From contig CBFDBJ010000003.1 in the NCBI GenBank assembly GCA_965603015.1, positions 8,013-72,012 of the forward strand: DNA of 64,000 nucleotides, written 5' to 3'. The notes under the pieces are model-generated. The model saw only the letters and a program-made list of their open reading frames with translations, ran no database searches and had not been told where the DNA came from. The first letter of the stretch is position 1. Each line of letters opens with the position of its first letter. The translations under genes were made by a program, and so were the position numbers. Positions 1-9,037 of this stretch are shown one piece after another. The DNA is from an uncultured Alphaproteobacteria bacterium. GTDB taxonomy: Bacteria > Pseudomonadota > Alphaproteobacteria > M2410.

Positions 1-388
1 TCTTTTTCTTCGATTTCGGTGTCCGCGTGTGGTCCACCTTCTCGGTAATTCGAGCTGCCTTACCGCGCAGACCGCGAAGGTAGTACAGCTTTGCACGACG
101 AACCTTGCCGCGGCGCACAACATCGATCGAGTCAACGAGCGGCGAGAACAACTGGAACACACGCTCCACGCCCTGGCCGTAGGAAATCTTCCGGACCGTG
201 AAGTTTTCGTTGATGCCGCCACCGGACCGGCCGATGCACACGCCTTCAAAGGCCTGAAGACGCTCGCGCGTGCCTTCTGTCACCTTGACGTTGACCCGCA
301 GCGTATCGCCTGGACCAAATTCAGGAATGTTCTGCTTGTTGGCCATGGACGCCATTTGTTCGGCTTCAAGCTCTTCAATAATATTCAT
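1..388 (-). CDS. rplS: 50S ribosomal protein L19 (N-terminal ~129 aa in window; C-terminal end runs off the left edge)
   Basis: Reverse-complement from ATG at 388-386 translates [78 protein letters not shown]..., a textbook L19. No stop before position 1. It sits downstream of trmD in the conserved rpsP-rimM-trmD-rplS operon. The listed + ORF 29..571 is its antisense. Confidence 0.85.
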   Translation of the reverse strand, partial: MNIIEELEAEQMASMANKQNIPEFGPGDTLRVNVKVTEGTRERLQAFEGVCIGRSGGGINENFTVRKISYGQGVERVFQLFSPLVDSIDVVRRGKVRRAKLYYLRGLRGKAARITEKVDHTRTPKSKKK

Positions 389-445
389 CGGTCTACCCTT
401 TGCTCTTCATCGTCGCTCACGCCTCTTGCGCGAAGACTTCAATTT

Positions 446-1165
446 CTATCTCTCGCCGTTCTCGTCCAGATAACTCTTTTTGTATCTGGCCCAAAGATCG
501 GGTCGCCGCTCTTTCGTTATCCTCACCGCCTCGGCTTTTCGCCAGGCTTCAACGTTGCCGTGATGCCCTGATGTGAGCACCTGAGGTATTTCATGTCCTT
601 CCCAAACTGCGGGCCGCGTGAAGTGCGGATATTCCAGCAGATGGCTCTCAAAACTCTCATCCTCGGCGCTCGCCTCCTTGCCGAGGATCCCCGGCAGAAG
701 TCTGACCGTCGCCTCAATCAGCGCCATGGCCGCGACCTCGCCGCCGCAGAGGATAAAATCGCCAAGGCTGATCTCCATGATCCGCCGCGCCTTTATCACT
801 CGATCATCAACCCCTTCAAATCGCCCGCAGAGCAGCGACAGTCCAGGGCCTTGTGCCAGCTCTTTTACCCGCTCCTGCGCCAGGGGTTTGCCCCGGGGTG
901 ACAGGTAGATAACCGGCCGTTCTTCTTTCTCCTTGTCGCGGACGCTGTCGATAGCCCCTGCAACAATATCGGCTCGCATTACCATGCCCGGGCCGCCGCC
1001 GGAAGGCGTGTCATCCACGGAGCGGTGTTTATCGCTCGCAAAGTCCCGAATGTCCACCGTTTCAAGGCTCCAGATGCCTTTTTCAAGACCGCTTCCCGGT
1101 AAAGAGCCGCCCAGCGGCCCGGGGAACATCTCCGGAAAAAGGGTTAACACTGAAACATCAAACAT
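446..1165 (-). CDS. trmD: tRNA (guanine37-N1)-methyltransferase TrmD
   Basis: ORF 446..1285 (-). The TrmD-like sequence begins at the internal Met: [32 protein letters not shown]...SPRGKPL...[10 protein letters not shown]. The first 40 codons of the track ORF overlap rimM and are probably not translated. Confidence 0.9.
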   Translation of the reverse strand: MFDVSVLTLFPEMFPGPLGGSLPGSGLEKGIWSLETVDIRDFASDKHRSVDDTPSGGGPGMVMRADIVAGAIDSVRDKEKEERPVIYLSPRGKPLAQERVKELAQGPGLSLLCGRFEGVDDRVIKARRIMEISLGDFILCGGEVAAMALIEATVRLLPGILGKEASAEDESFESHLLEYPHFTRPAVWEGHEIPQVLTSGHHGNVEAWRKAEAVRITKERRPDLWARYKKSYLDENGER

Positions 1166-1781
1166 CCTCGCCACCGCTTTTTGCGCCACTTTGGCGGATC
1201 TTCCTTTTGCCGCTCTTGGCACCGGCAGACCTGTCCTTTGGCGCTTTTGGTTCCGGCAAGACGCCTTCGGGCGGATCAACAACAATGTGGCCTTCGCTGA
1301 TCAGAACCTGGGGCACCGCCTCCAGCGTGAACGGCAGCATGGCAACGCCCCCTGCAGCCAAACTCACTTCCAGCATCTCGCCAGCGCCAAAATCATAAAC
1401 GGCCAAAACCGTTCCCAATGTCGCTCCGCCGAGATCCAGGGCGGTGAGCCCGATCAGATCCGCATGGTAAAACTCGTCCTCCTCTTCGCCGGGCAACAGC
1501 GCCCGATCGACATATAGTTCGTGACCCTTAAGCGCTTCAGCCGCATCGCGGTCCTCTACGCCCTCCAGTCTTGCGATCACGGCGTCCCTCGCGGCGCGCA
1601 CGATACTGATCTCAACACCCGTTGCCCCGCCTGCTTGAGCCTCGGCAACCAGATCCACCGACCCATAGGCCCCGACATCTTCAGGGGCGCCGGTGTAAGG
1701 CTTTATCTTCACCTCACCGTGGACACCCGATGCGCCGATGATGAGGCCAAGACAAACTCTTTTGCCGCTATCAGGAGCCAT
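1158..1781 (-). CDS. rimM: 16S rRNA processing protein RimM, with a Lys/Gly-rich C-terminal tail
   Basis: 207-aa ORF. The RimM/PRC-barrel pattern reads [19 protein letters not shown]...VDPPEGVL. Operon position is between rpsP and trmD. Confidence 0.85.
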   Translation of the reverse strand: MAPDSGKRVCLGLIIGASGVHGEVKIKPYTGAPEDVGAYGSVDLVAEAQAGGATGVEISIVRAARDAVIARLEGVEDRDAAEALKGHELYVDRALLPGEEEDEFYHADLIGLTALDLGGATLGTVLAVYDFGAGEMLEVSLAAGGVAMLPFTLEAVPQVLISEGHIVVDPPEGVLPEPKAPKDRSAGAKSGKRKIRQSGAKSGGEDV

Positions 1782-1793
1782 CCGTCCGAGGTC

Positions 1794-2216
1794 CTAGCTT
1801 GCCGCTTCTTCGGCTGGAGCCTCTTCAGCAGGCGCTTCAGCAGGTGCAGCAGCGGCAGCTTCAGCAGCAGCTTTTGCGTCTTCGACGGCCTGCGCCTTTT
1901 CTGCGACACGTTCCTGCGCCTTCTTGCCAGGCTTGGCTCTGTTCGGGTTATTGCCGTGCTTCCAGTCACCAATGTCGATGGTCTTGAGGAAACGGGCGAC
2001 GCGGTCCGTCGGTTTGGCGCCAACAGAGAGCCAGTACTCGATCCGGTCCTTGACGAAGGTCAGACGGTTTTCGTCGTCCTTTGCCAGCATTGGATTGTGG
2101 GTGCCGACCTTTTCGATGAACTTGCCATCGCGAGGGCTGCGGGTGTCCGCAACGACGATCCGGTAGTAAGGACGCTTCTTGGTGCCGCCGCGGGCCAGTC
2201 TGATTTTTAGTGACAT
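1794..2216 (-). CDS. rpsP: 30S ribosomal protein S16, with an Ala/Glu-rich C-terminal extension
   Basis: Start [42 protein letters not shown] is canonical S16. ATG checked at 2216-2214. C-terminal tail is [24 protein letters not shown]. Confidence 0.92.
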   Translation of the reverse strand: MSLKIRLARGGTKKRPYYRIVVADTRSPRDGKFIEKVGTHNPMLAKDDENRLTFVKDRIEYWLSVGAKPTDRVARFLKTIDIGDWKHGNNPNRAKPGKKAQERVAEKAQAVEDAKAAAEAAAAAPAEAPAEEAPAEEAAS

Positions 2217-2259
2217 GAGTTTGTTTTTCCTTGTTCAACAAATGTGTTCTTGAAATTCG

Positions 2260-3774
2260 CTACTTCTTCTTCGTTCCAGGCAGTCCGGGCAACCCCCCCA
2301 TGGCGCCTTTGGGACCACCAAGCCCTGGCAATCCGCCCATACCTTTTGGCAAACCTCCGCCAGGGCCGGTTAATTTCGAAAGATCGGGCAATGCTGCGGG
2401 GTCCATGCCCTGCATATCCGGCATGGCTCCGCCGCCCATGCCGCCGAGCAGGCCCTTCATGCCCTTCTTGCCCATCTTCTTCATCATGTCCGCCATCTGG
2501 CGATGCATCTTGATCAGCTTGTTAACATCCTGAACCTGAACGCCGGCGCCTTTGGCAATGCGTTTCTTGCGCGACGCGTTGAGGAGTTTGGGTGTTGCGC
2601 GTTCCTTCGGCGTCATCGACGAGATGATGGCTTCCTGATGGATCAGCACCTTGTCATCCATATCGAGGCCGCCGGCCTGCTTCTTCATCTTGCCCATGCC
2701 GGGCAGCATTCCCATGATGCTCTGCATACCGCCCAAACGGCGCATCTGCTTGAGCTGTTCGGCAAGGTCTTCGAGATCGAAGGTGCCTTTTTTCATCTTG
2801 GCCGCGATCTTCTCGGCCTTTTCGACGTCGATGCTTTCGGCGGCTTTCTCGACGAGAGAAACCACGTCGCCCATATCGAGGATACGGTTGGCAATGCGCG
2901 AGGCATCAAATGCCTCGATGGCATCCATCTTTTCGCCAACGCCGAGGAACTTGATCGGCGCGCCGGTGACCTGGCGCATGGACAGCGCCGCGCCGCCGCG
3001 GCCATCGCCGTCGGCGCGGGTCAACACGATGCCGGTCAGATTGAGCCTTGAATTAAACGCTTCAGCGGTCTTGACCGCGTCCTGGCCTGTGAGACTGTCA
3101 GCCACCAGCAAGGTCTCGACCGGATTGGTGGCGGCGGCAACGTCAGCGACTTCCTGCATCAGGGCTTCGTCAACGGTGACGCGGCCCGCGGTATCGAGAA
3201 TGACAAGATCATAGCCGCCCAGTTTGGCGGCTTCCACGGCCCGCCTGGCAATGGCGACCGGCATCTGGCCTTCGATAACGGGCAAGGTCGCAACGCCGGT
3301 GTCTTCGCCCAGAATGCGCAGCTGTTCCTGAGCCGCCGGGCGGCGCACGTCGAGGGAGGCGAGCAGGACTTTCTTGTTTTCCCGCGTGGTGAGGCGCAGC
3401 CCGAGCTTGGCGGTCGAGGTGGTTTTACCGGAACCCTGCAGACCGGCCATCAGCACGACGGCGGGCGGGGCAACATTCAGGTTAAGCAGCGGCTGGCCCG
3501 CGTCGCTGACCCCGCCGAGCATTTCAACCAGTTCGTCGTGAACGATCTTGATGACCATCTGGCCCGGCTGCACCGAGCGCAGCACTTCGGCGCCGACAGC
3601 GCGCTCACGCACGGCATCGACAAAGGTCTTTACAACCGGCAGCGCCACATCGGCCTCAAGCAACGCCACGCGCACTTCGCGCAAGGCGGCCGCGACATCG
3701 GACTCAGATAGCGAGCCGCGCCGCGTCAGTGCGTTAAGGACGCCGTTGAGGCGATCTGACAAGGTCTCGAACAA
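2260..3774 (-). CDS. ffh: Signal recognition particle protein Ffh (SRP54)
   Basis: NG domain with GLQGSGKTT P-loop and DTAGR. Met-rich M domain and a Gly/Met-rich tail. The track ORF starts at a TTG at 3831. An in-frame TTG at about 3774 gives the canonical N-terminus (M)FETLSDRLNGV, so the shorter start is preferred. Confidence 0.9.
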   Translation of the reverse strand: MFETLSDRLNGVLNALTRRGSLSESDVAAALREVRVALLEADVALPVVKTFVDAVRERAVGAEVLRSVQPGQMVIKIVHDELVEMLGGVSDAGQPLLNLNVAPPAVVLMAGLQGSGKTTSTAKLGLRLTTRENKKVLLASLDVRRPAAQEQLRILGEDTGVATLPVIEGQMPVAIARRAVEAAKLGGYDLVILDTAGRVTVDEALMQEVADVAAATNPVETLLVADSLTGQDAVKTAEAFNSRLNLTGIVLTRADGDGRGGAALSMRQVTGAPIKFLGVGEKMDAIEAFDASRIANRILDMGDVVSLVEKAAESIDVEKAEKIAAKMKKGTFDLEDLAEQLKQMRRLGGMQSIMGMLPGMGKMKKQAGGLDMDDKVLIHQEAIISSMTPKERATPKLLNASRKKRIAKGAGVQVQDVNKLIKMHRQMADMMKKMGKKGMKGLLGGMGGGAMPDMQGMDPAALPDLSKLTGPGGGLPKGMGGLPGLGGPKGAMGGLPGLPGTKKK

Positions 3775-3850
3775 AGAGCGTTTCCTGTTTCCTCGGGTTC
3801 CTCTTCCAGTTCGAGGCCGAGGGACCCTCAAACTTTCTATCTCTCATTTT

Positions 3851-3931
3851 GTCATTGCCGGGCTTGACCCGGTAATCCAGTGGCACCGAATTCCGACGCT
3901 TCTGGATACCCGGATCAAGTCCGGGTATGAC
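3851..3931. repeat. REP-like palindromic element, subfamily A (copy 1)
   Basis: Left arm is gtcattgccgggcttgacccggtaatccag. A near reverse-complement right arm is ctggatacccggatcaagtccgggtatgac. Same architecture as the copies at 22736 and 25402. Confidence 0.8.
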
Positions 3932-4120
3932 ATGGCGTTTGTTGGTCGTTTTGGCGTAACACACTCAAAACAAAGAGGTATCGCACCAGTGGGCGAAAAC
4001 TTCGCTGACTGGTGTTGACCCCCGAACTCCAACGATCGGCGGCGGAAGAACAAGTGGTTCTACCGGAATTGATGCGGTTTCTAGGGGGTTAGAGGAAGAG
4101 AGTCAAGGGTTACGGCAGCC

Positions 4121-4525
4121 TCACCAGCGCCACCGTCGCCATGCCACCACAGCCACGAACCAGAAGAACAGGCCGATGGTGATCCAGTCGGCGTGGCGGA
4201 AGACCCACCAGCGGCCGAAGAAGATCCACATGAACAGGATCGGGACGCCGGCGAGGAGGCCGTAGAAGGCGAAGTCGGCCAGTACCGTGTCGGCGACCGG
4301 GCCGAGCCAGCGGCCACGGACGGCCGGGTCGGGGGCAGGCTGCGCGCGGGTGACCTCTTCGAAGGCGGGTTCGGGGGGCTCGACTTTGGCAGGCGGCCTT
4401 ACGATCAGCTCGGTCACATCAGCCGTTTGAGCCGCTTCTTCTGGCACCTCCGGCGCAGACCCCACTGACGCAGGCTGGCGGCGCGGGGTGACTTCGGAGG
4501 TGTTGTCTTTGCGGCAGTCGTTCAC
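4121..4525 (-). CDS. hypothetical small membrane protein (Pro-rich N-terminus, two C-terminal TM helices)
   Basis: Track ORF 4121..4621 begins inside the REP-B element. A GTG at about 4525, preceded by gagagatggaaa, gives 134 aa ending ...FYGLLAGVPILFMWIFFGRWWVFRHADWITIGLFFWFVAVVAWRRWRW. No recognisable family. Confidence 0.3.
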   Translation of the reverse strand: MNDCRKDNTSEVTPRRQPASVGSAPEVPEEAAQTADVTELIVRPPAKVEPPEPAFEEVTRAQPAPDPAVRGRWLGPVADTVLADFAFYGLLAGVPILFMWIFFGRWWVFRHADWITIGLFFWFVAVVAWRRWRW

Positions 4526-4540
4526 TTTCCATCTCTCAAA

Positions 4541-4660
4541 CTGTCGTCCCGGGCAAGCAACGCGCGACCCGGGATCTCGGGGCAAGGTCCCCGAACCGGT
4601 CGTGGATCCTGTTTGTAGCACAATCGTGCCCGGAGGTCCCGGCTCAAGGCCGGGACGACA
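4541..4660. repeat. REP-like palindromic element, subfamily B (copy 1)
   Basis: Reads tgtcgtcccgggcaagcaacgcgcgacccgggatctcggggcaag ... gcccggaggtcccggctcaaggccgggacgaca. Composite nested palindrome. Confidence 0.8.
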
Positions 4661-4690
4661 CGGGGATTTAATGTACTTCGGGGAATTAAT

Positions 4691-5833
4691 CTACCCCAGC
4701 GCCCGCTCAATAAAGCCGGCCCACAACATGCCGCCGCGCAGGTCACCGACGAGGCCGCCGGCCATCTGGTTCATGACATAGGCCCCGCTCAAATGGGCGT
4801 CGGTGTCGATGACGACGAGAGAGCCACCCCAGCCACCCCAGAAACAGGTGTTTGGGTTGGGCGACAGGGGCGTGGCTTCGGAGTTCAATCCAAAGCCCAT
4901 GCCAAAGCGAACCGGCATCGCCAGCACCAGGTCCTCGCCCTCGGTCTGGACATCAAAAATCGTTTTGACCCCGGCCTCGGACAGATAGCGCTTGCCGCCT
5001 GCTTGCCCGCCATTGGCCAGGATGGTGTGAACCTCGGCGATGGACCGTGCATTGCCATGACCATTGGCGGCCGGGATTTCGGCGCGGCGCCAGGCCTCGT
5101 GCCCGGCCCAGGTGGCATCCACCGCCGGGCTGGCGAAGGTCCTGTGCGCGATACTGCCCTTCTCGCCGGTCGCCAGGGCCGCTGATGCTCCGGCAGCAGG
5201 AATAATCGTGATGACCTGCGCGTCTTTTTCAGGGGGGACGCCGATGAAAAAGTCGGCCCCCATGGGGCCGGCCACTTCTTCAGCAAAGAAGGTGCCCAGG
5301 GTCCTGCCGGTAACCCGGCGCACGATTTCGCCCTGCAACTGGCCCTGGGTCAGCGCGTGATAACCCGACTGACTGCCCGGCGTCCACCACGGGGCCTGTG
5401 CGGCCAACAGTGAGGCAATATAGTCGTGATCGCAAACCTGCGCCTCGGTGACCGGCTGGTCGAGGCCTGACAGGCCCGCCGAGTGCGACATGATATGGCG
5501 GACCTCGATGTCCTGTTTGCCGTTTTGGGCAAACTCCGGCCAATACTTTGAAACCTTTTCATGGAAGTCAATGTCGCCGCGGTCGGCCAGCATCAGCATG
5601 ACAAGGGCGGCCATGGTCTTGGTCGAGGAATAGACGTTGACGATGGTGCCTTCCTCCCAGGCCAGGGTTTTTTCCTTGTCCTTGTACCCGCCCCAGATAT
5701 CGATGACCGTTTCGCCTTCAACGGTGGCGCAGAAACTCGCGCCAACATCGGCGCCGCTCTCAAGATTTGATGCGAAGGCTTCTCTCACACTTGCGAACTT
5801 CTCGTCGCATTTTCCGTGTACATCAACTGACAT
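4691..5833 (-). CDS. serine hydrolase of the beta-lactamase/transpeptidase-like superfamily (EstB/class C-like)
   Basis: SxxK motif in YSSTKTMAALVMLML. Start reset to the internal ATG at 5833-5831, which follows GGAGAAG (MSVDVHGKCDEKF...). The longer track ORF runs into the REP-C element. Confidence 0.75.
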   Translation of the reverse strand: MSVDVHGKCDEKFASVREAFASNLESGADVGASFCATVEGETVIDIWGGYKDKEKTLAWEEGTIVNVYSSTKTMAALVMLMLADRGDIDFHEKVSKYWPEFAQNGKQDIEVRHIMSHSAGLSGLDQPVTEAQVCDHDYIASLLAAQAPWWTPGSQSGYHALTQGQLQGEIVRRVTGRTLGTFFAEEVAGPMGADFFIGVPPEKDAQVITIIPAAGASAALATGEKGSIAHRTFASPAVDATWAGHEAWRRAEIPAANGHGNARSIAEVHTILANGGQAGGKRYLSEAGVKTIFDVQTEGEDLVLAMPVRFGMGFGLNSEATPLSPNPNTCFWGGWGGSLVVIDTDAHLSGAYVMNQMAGGLVGDLRGGMLWAGFIERALG

Positions 5834-5877
5834 GTTCTTCTCCCCTGTTTTTGTTTTTATTGTCAATACACCCTGTC

Positions 5878-5998
5878 TGTCATCCTCGACGAGCGGAGCG
5901 AGATCGGGGATCCACACCATAAAACCTTCATCTCGCGTGATGATAGCCTTCAGGTATGGATCCCCGATTCCGCCTTCGGCGGCCCGAGGATGACAACA
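5878..5998. repeat. REP-like palindromic element, subfamily C (copy 1)
   Basis: Reads ctgtcatcctcgacgagcggagcgagatcggggatccacacc ... ggtatggatccccgattccgccttcggcggcccgaggatgacaaca. Termini match the other subfamilies. Confidence 0.8.
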
Positions 5999-6010
5999 CA
6001 AGAGTGTTGT

Positions 6011-8065
6011 TTAATTGCGGCCAAGTTGACGCCATAGATAGGTGTATTGCAAGGCGTAATGCCTTGCGTGCTGGGCCATGTTAACGCCGCGGCCGTGGCC
6101 GCCTTCGGTGTTCTCGTAATAGAGCGGAGCGTGGCCCTGCTCTTTCATGCGGGCCATCATCTTGCGGGCGTGGCCGGGATGGACGCGGTCGTCTTTGGTG
6201 GACGTGTAAAAGAAGACGCGCGGGTAGGTCTTGCCCTCATGGACATTTTGATAGGGCGAATATTTTTCTATCCAGGCGCGCTCTTCGGGAATATCCGGGT
6301 CGCCATATTCTCCCATCCAGCTGGCTCCGGCGAGCAGCTTGTTATAGCGCAGCATATCGAGCAGCGGGACATCGCACAGCACCGCATTAAAAAGCTCCGG
6401 GTTCTGAGTAAAGGTTGCGCCGACGAGAAGCCCGCCGTTTGAGCCGCCGGAGATGCCAAGGTGGCGCGGCGCTGTGATCTTGCGGGCGATGAGATCGCGC
6501 GCCACGGCTGCGAAGTCATCAAACGCCTTCTGGCGATTTTCTTTCAGCGCCGCCTCATGCCACTTCGGGCCAAACTCGCCGCCGCCCCGGATATTGGCCT
6601 GCACATAGACACCGCCGGATTCCAGCCAGCCTTTGCCCGTTATCGGCATATAGGCGGGCGGTCTGGAGATTTGAAAGCCGCCATAGGCATCAAGAACTGT
6701 CGGGTTAAGGCCGTTCAGGGCCATGTCCTCGCGGGCGACAACAAAGTAGGGAATGAGTTCGCCGTCGGTGCTGGCGACTTCGAACTGCCAGACCTCAAGC
6801 CCGTCCGTGTCAAACCGCTGTGGCAGGGACATGACAGGCCGGCAGGTCGCTCCGCCCTTTGCCAGATGATACAGCGTCGGGGGCGTGAGGAAATTTTCAT
6901 AGGAGATAAAGGCGTCATCGGTGCCGGAACTGGTGGCAAGGGACCCAATCGCGCCGTTGCCGGGCATGTCGACGGCGGTTTCTGTCCAAGCCCCCTCCCG
7001 GGTGTCCGAGTTAAATTCAAAATGACTGACCTTGCCGATGACATTATCGAGGGTCACGAGATAGACGCCGGATTTGGCGATGCCGCCGAAATCGATGGCC
7101 GAGCGCGAACCCGGTTCATGGACGAGGGCAACACGGGAGATGGCGCCATCCGTCAGAAAATCATCCAGGCTAAAGGAAACGAGCGCGCCAGCGTTCCAGA
7201 TCTTGCCACCGACCTGCCAGTCTTCGCGTAAAAGCACAATCGCTTGTTGCCCGTGGAATCCGTAGAAGTCAAATTTGGCGGGAAGTGGAACCGGGACGGT
7301 CTGCCCATCGACATGAAAGCTGAGTTCATAGGTAAAGAATGTCACCCACCGATTGAGCACGCCGACAAATTTCGTGCCAACAAGGTGGCTTGACGGGAAC
7401 ATGCCGGTGTCGTCGACACTGCCTTCAACAAGGATTTGCGCATCGGCGATATCAGTGCCGCGCTGCCACAATTTTGCAAACCGTCCGTAGCCGGATGTTG
7501 TCAGGCTACCCTCGCCAAAATCGGTGCGGACAAGAAGCGTATCGGGGCCCATCCAGGCGACAACAGATTTTGCCTCGGGCAGGTAGAAACCACCGTCAAC
7601 AAACTGGCGTGACATAACATCAAACTCGCGCACGACCGAGGCGTCCTTGCCGCCGCGCGAGAGCCGAATGAGGGCGCGGGTGTGATCGGGGGCGCGCGAT
7701 GTTGCGTCTTGCCAGACCCAATTTTCATCCTCGGCTGCGGCCAGCGCATCAAGATCAAGCAGGGTCTCCCAGACCGGCTCACCTGCGGCGTAGGTTTTGA
7801 GCGGCGCGCGGCGCCAGATCCCGCGCACATGGGCAGCATCCTGCCAGAAATTATAGACAAAGGCGCCGTCCCGCCCGGCCCGAGGGGTGCCATAGGGAAT
7901 GCGTGCCTCGTCGTTGAGGACCTCAAGAGCGGCGGCCTCGATGACCTCGTAGCGCGGGTCGGCGGAGAGCTCTTCAAGCGTCGCCTCACTCTCGGCGGCA
8001 GCCCATTTCAGGGCTTCGGCGCCCTCAACCTCTTCAAGCCAAAGCCAGGGATCTTCTGTCGACAT
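6011..8065 (-). CDS. prolyl oligopeptidase family serine peptidase (S9A)
   Basis: 684 aa. N-terminal beta-propeller region, then a C-terminal alpha/beta hydrolase with GISGGSNGGLLVG (GxSxGG) and the catalytic-region pattern ...DDRVHPGHARKM... Confidence 0.85.
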   Translation of the reverse strand: MSTEDPWLWLEEVEGAEALKWAAAESEATLEELSADPRYEVIEAAALEVLNDEARIPYGTPRAGRDGAFVYNFWQDAAHVRGIWRRAPLKTYAAGEPVWETLLDLDALAAAEDENWVWQDATSRAPDHTRALIRLSRGGKDASVVREFDVMSRQFVDGGFYLPEAKSVVAWMGPDTLLVRTDFGEGSLTTSGYGRFAKLWQRGTDIADAQILVEGSVDDTGMFPSSHLVGTKFVGVLNRWVTFFTYELSFHVDGQTVPVPLPAKFDFYGFHGQQAIVLLREDWQVGGKIWNAGALVSFSLDDFLTDGAISRVALVHEPGSRSAIDFGGIAKSGVYLVTLDNVIGKVSHFEFNSDTREGAWTETAVDMPGNGAIGSLATSSGTDDAFISYENFLTPPTLYHLAKGGATCRPVMSLPQRFDTDGLEVWQFEVASTDGELIPYFVVAREDMALNGLNPTVLDAYGGFQISRPPAYMPITGKGWLESGGVYVQANIRGGGEFGPKWHEAALKENRQKAFDDFAAVARDLIARKITAPRHLGISGGSNGGLLVGATFTQNPELFNAVLCDVPLLDMLRYNKLLAGASWMGEYGDPDIPEERAWIEKYSPYQNVHEGKTYPRVFFYTSTKDDRVHPGHARKMMARMKEQGHAPLYYENTEGGHGRGVNMAQHARHYALQYTYLWRQLGRN

Positions 8066-8072
8066 GGGGGGG

Positions 8073-8927
8073 CTACTTTCCTATTACGCGAGCGCGGTAG
8101 TTACGCACGGCATGGGCGACCGTCGAGGGATGCACCTCGAAGTGCGCCGCGATATCAACCTGGCGGTGACCGCCGTCAAGATGGGCGGCGGCCATGGCTT
8201 CGCCGCGGCCTGTCCAGGTCCGCTGATAGTGGTCAAGCGAGTGTTTGGGTTCACGCGGCGCACGGCGACCTGATGCAAGAGCCTCAAGGACTTTCGGATC
8301 CATATCCGGCTCCTGACGCAGCAGCTTGAGGCCGGGCGGTGTTTTGGCCAGCTCGCGCTCAAGCCCGGGGATATTGTCGATGCCATCGTTTACATATTTG
8401 CAAAACGCCGCACGGCCATCCGTATCCTGACTTTTGAAATCCGAAAGAATTATCTCGCGGCCGTGCCACGACGGCACCGCTGCGGCGCCCGGCAAGAAGG
8501 TGGCGTAGTTTGACCATTGCCAGTCTTCAGGCTTTTGGGTGAGGCCGGCCTTGACCGGGTTGAGCGCGATGTAGCGCAGCAACGCCATGAGGTAGCGCTC
8601 CTCCTCCACGAGGAAAGATTTGTAGCGGCCCTGAAAAAGATGCCCGACATTCTCGTGCCGCCAGTTGGCCGATTGCGAGAAGCGCGAATTGAGACGACGC
8701 ATGCCGCTGGCCAGATTGGCCTCCTTCGTGCGCAGCAGCAGATGATAGTGGTTCGGCATCAGGCAATATGACAGGACCGACCAGGACAGCTCGTCGGCGA
8801 TCTCGCCGAGCAGGGTCAGGAATTTGCGGTAGTCCGAGGCGTCGAGGAAGATCTCCTGTTTGCGATTGCCGCGGGCGATGATGTGGTGGGTCGCACCGGC
8901 GAAATCTGCACGTAAGGGACGGGGCAT
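8073..8927 (-). CDS. IS200/IS605-fold HuH (Y1) transposase-like protein, RAYT-like, with a C-terminal DnaA-domain-IV-like HTH
   Basis: COG1943-type signature HHIIARGNRKQEIF...YCLMPNHYHLLL...GHLFQGRYKSFLVEEERYLMALLRYIALNPVKAGL (HuH = HYH, catalytic Y region). C-terminal part ...MAAAHLDGGHRQVDIAAHFEVHPSTVAHAVRNYR resembles the DnaA C-terminal HTH. Start reset to the ATG at 8927, preceded by GGAGG. Confidence 0.7.
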   Translation of the reverse strand: MPRPLRADFAGATHHIIARGNRKQEIFLDASDYRKFLTLLGEIADELSWSVLSYCLMPNHYHLLLRTKEANLASGMRRLNSRFSQSANWRHENVGHLFQGRYKSFLVEEERYLMALLRYIALNPVKAGLTQKPEDWQWSNYATFLPGAAAVPSWHGREIILSDFKSQDTDGRAAFCKYVNDGIDNIPGLERELAKTPPGLKLLRQEPDMDPKVLEALASGRRAPREPKHSLDHYQRTWTGRGEAMAAAHLDGGHRQVDIAAHFEVHPSTVAHAVRNYRARVIGK

Positions 8928-8957
8928 GGGGAGGTCCTCCTTCGGGTTTTCCCCCTG

Positions 8958-9001
8958 ATACCATGATTTGGGGTCAGGCACCATATGGGAAATCATGGTA
9001 T
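8958..9001. promoter_or_regulatory. nested palindrome in the divergent RAYT-like/dapF intergenic region
   Basis: ataccatgattt - 20 nt - aaatcatggtat gives a 12-bp perfect stem. The loop carries the palindromic ccatatgg. Confidence 0.35.
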
Positions 9002-9037
9002 GGTGCGGAGGGGCGGCTGGCCCTATAAGCTTGGGCC

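Noticed and set aside
29-571. 180-aa + strand ORF at the left edge
   Set aside because: It lies antisense to a clean rplS (L19) reading frame on the - strand. It has no recognisable family and is typical high-GC antisense ORF noise.
3734-4053. Short ORFs (76, 69, 156 aa) spanning the REP-A element downstream of ffh
   Set aside because: They are translations of the palindromic repeat itself. The same pseudo-ORFs recur at every REP copy (for example 22681..23193, 23227..23436, 24092..24286).
6461-8329. 256-aa and 215-aa + strand ORFs inside the prolyl oligopeptidase gene
   Set aside because: Antisense shadow ORFs with no motifs.
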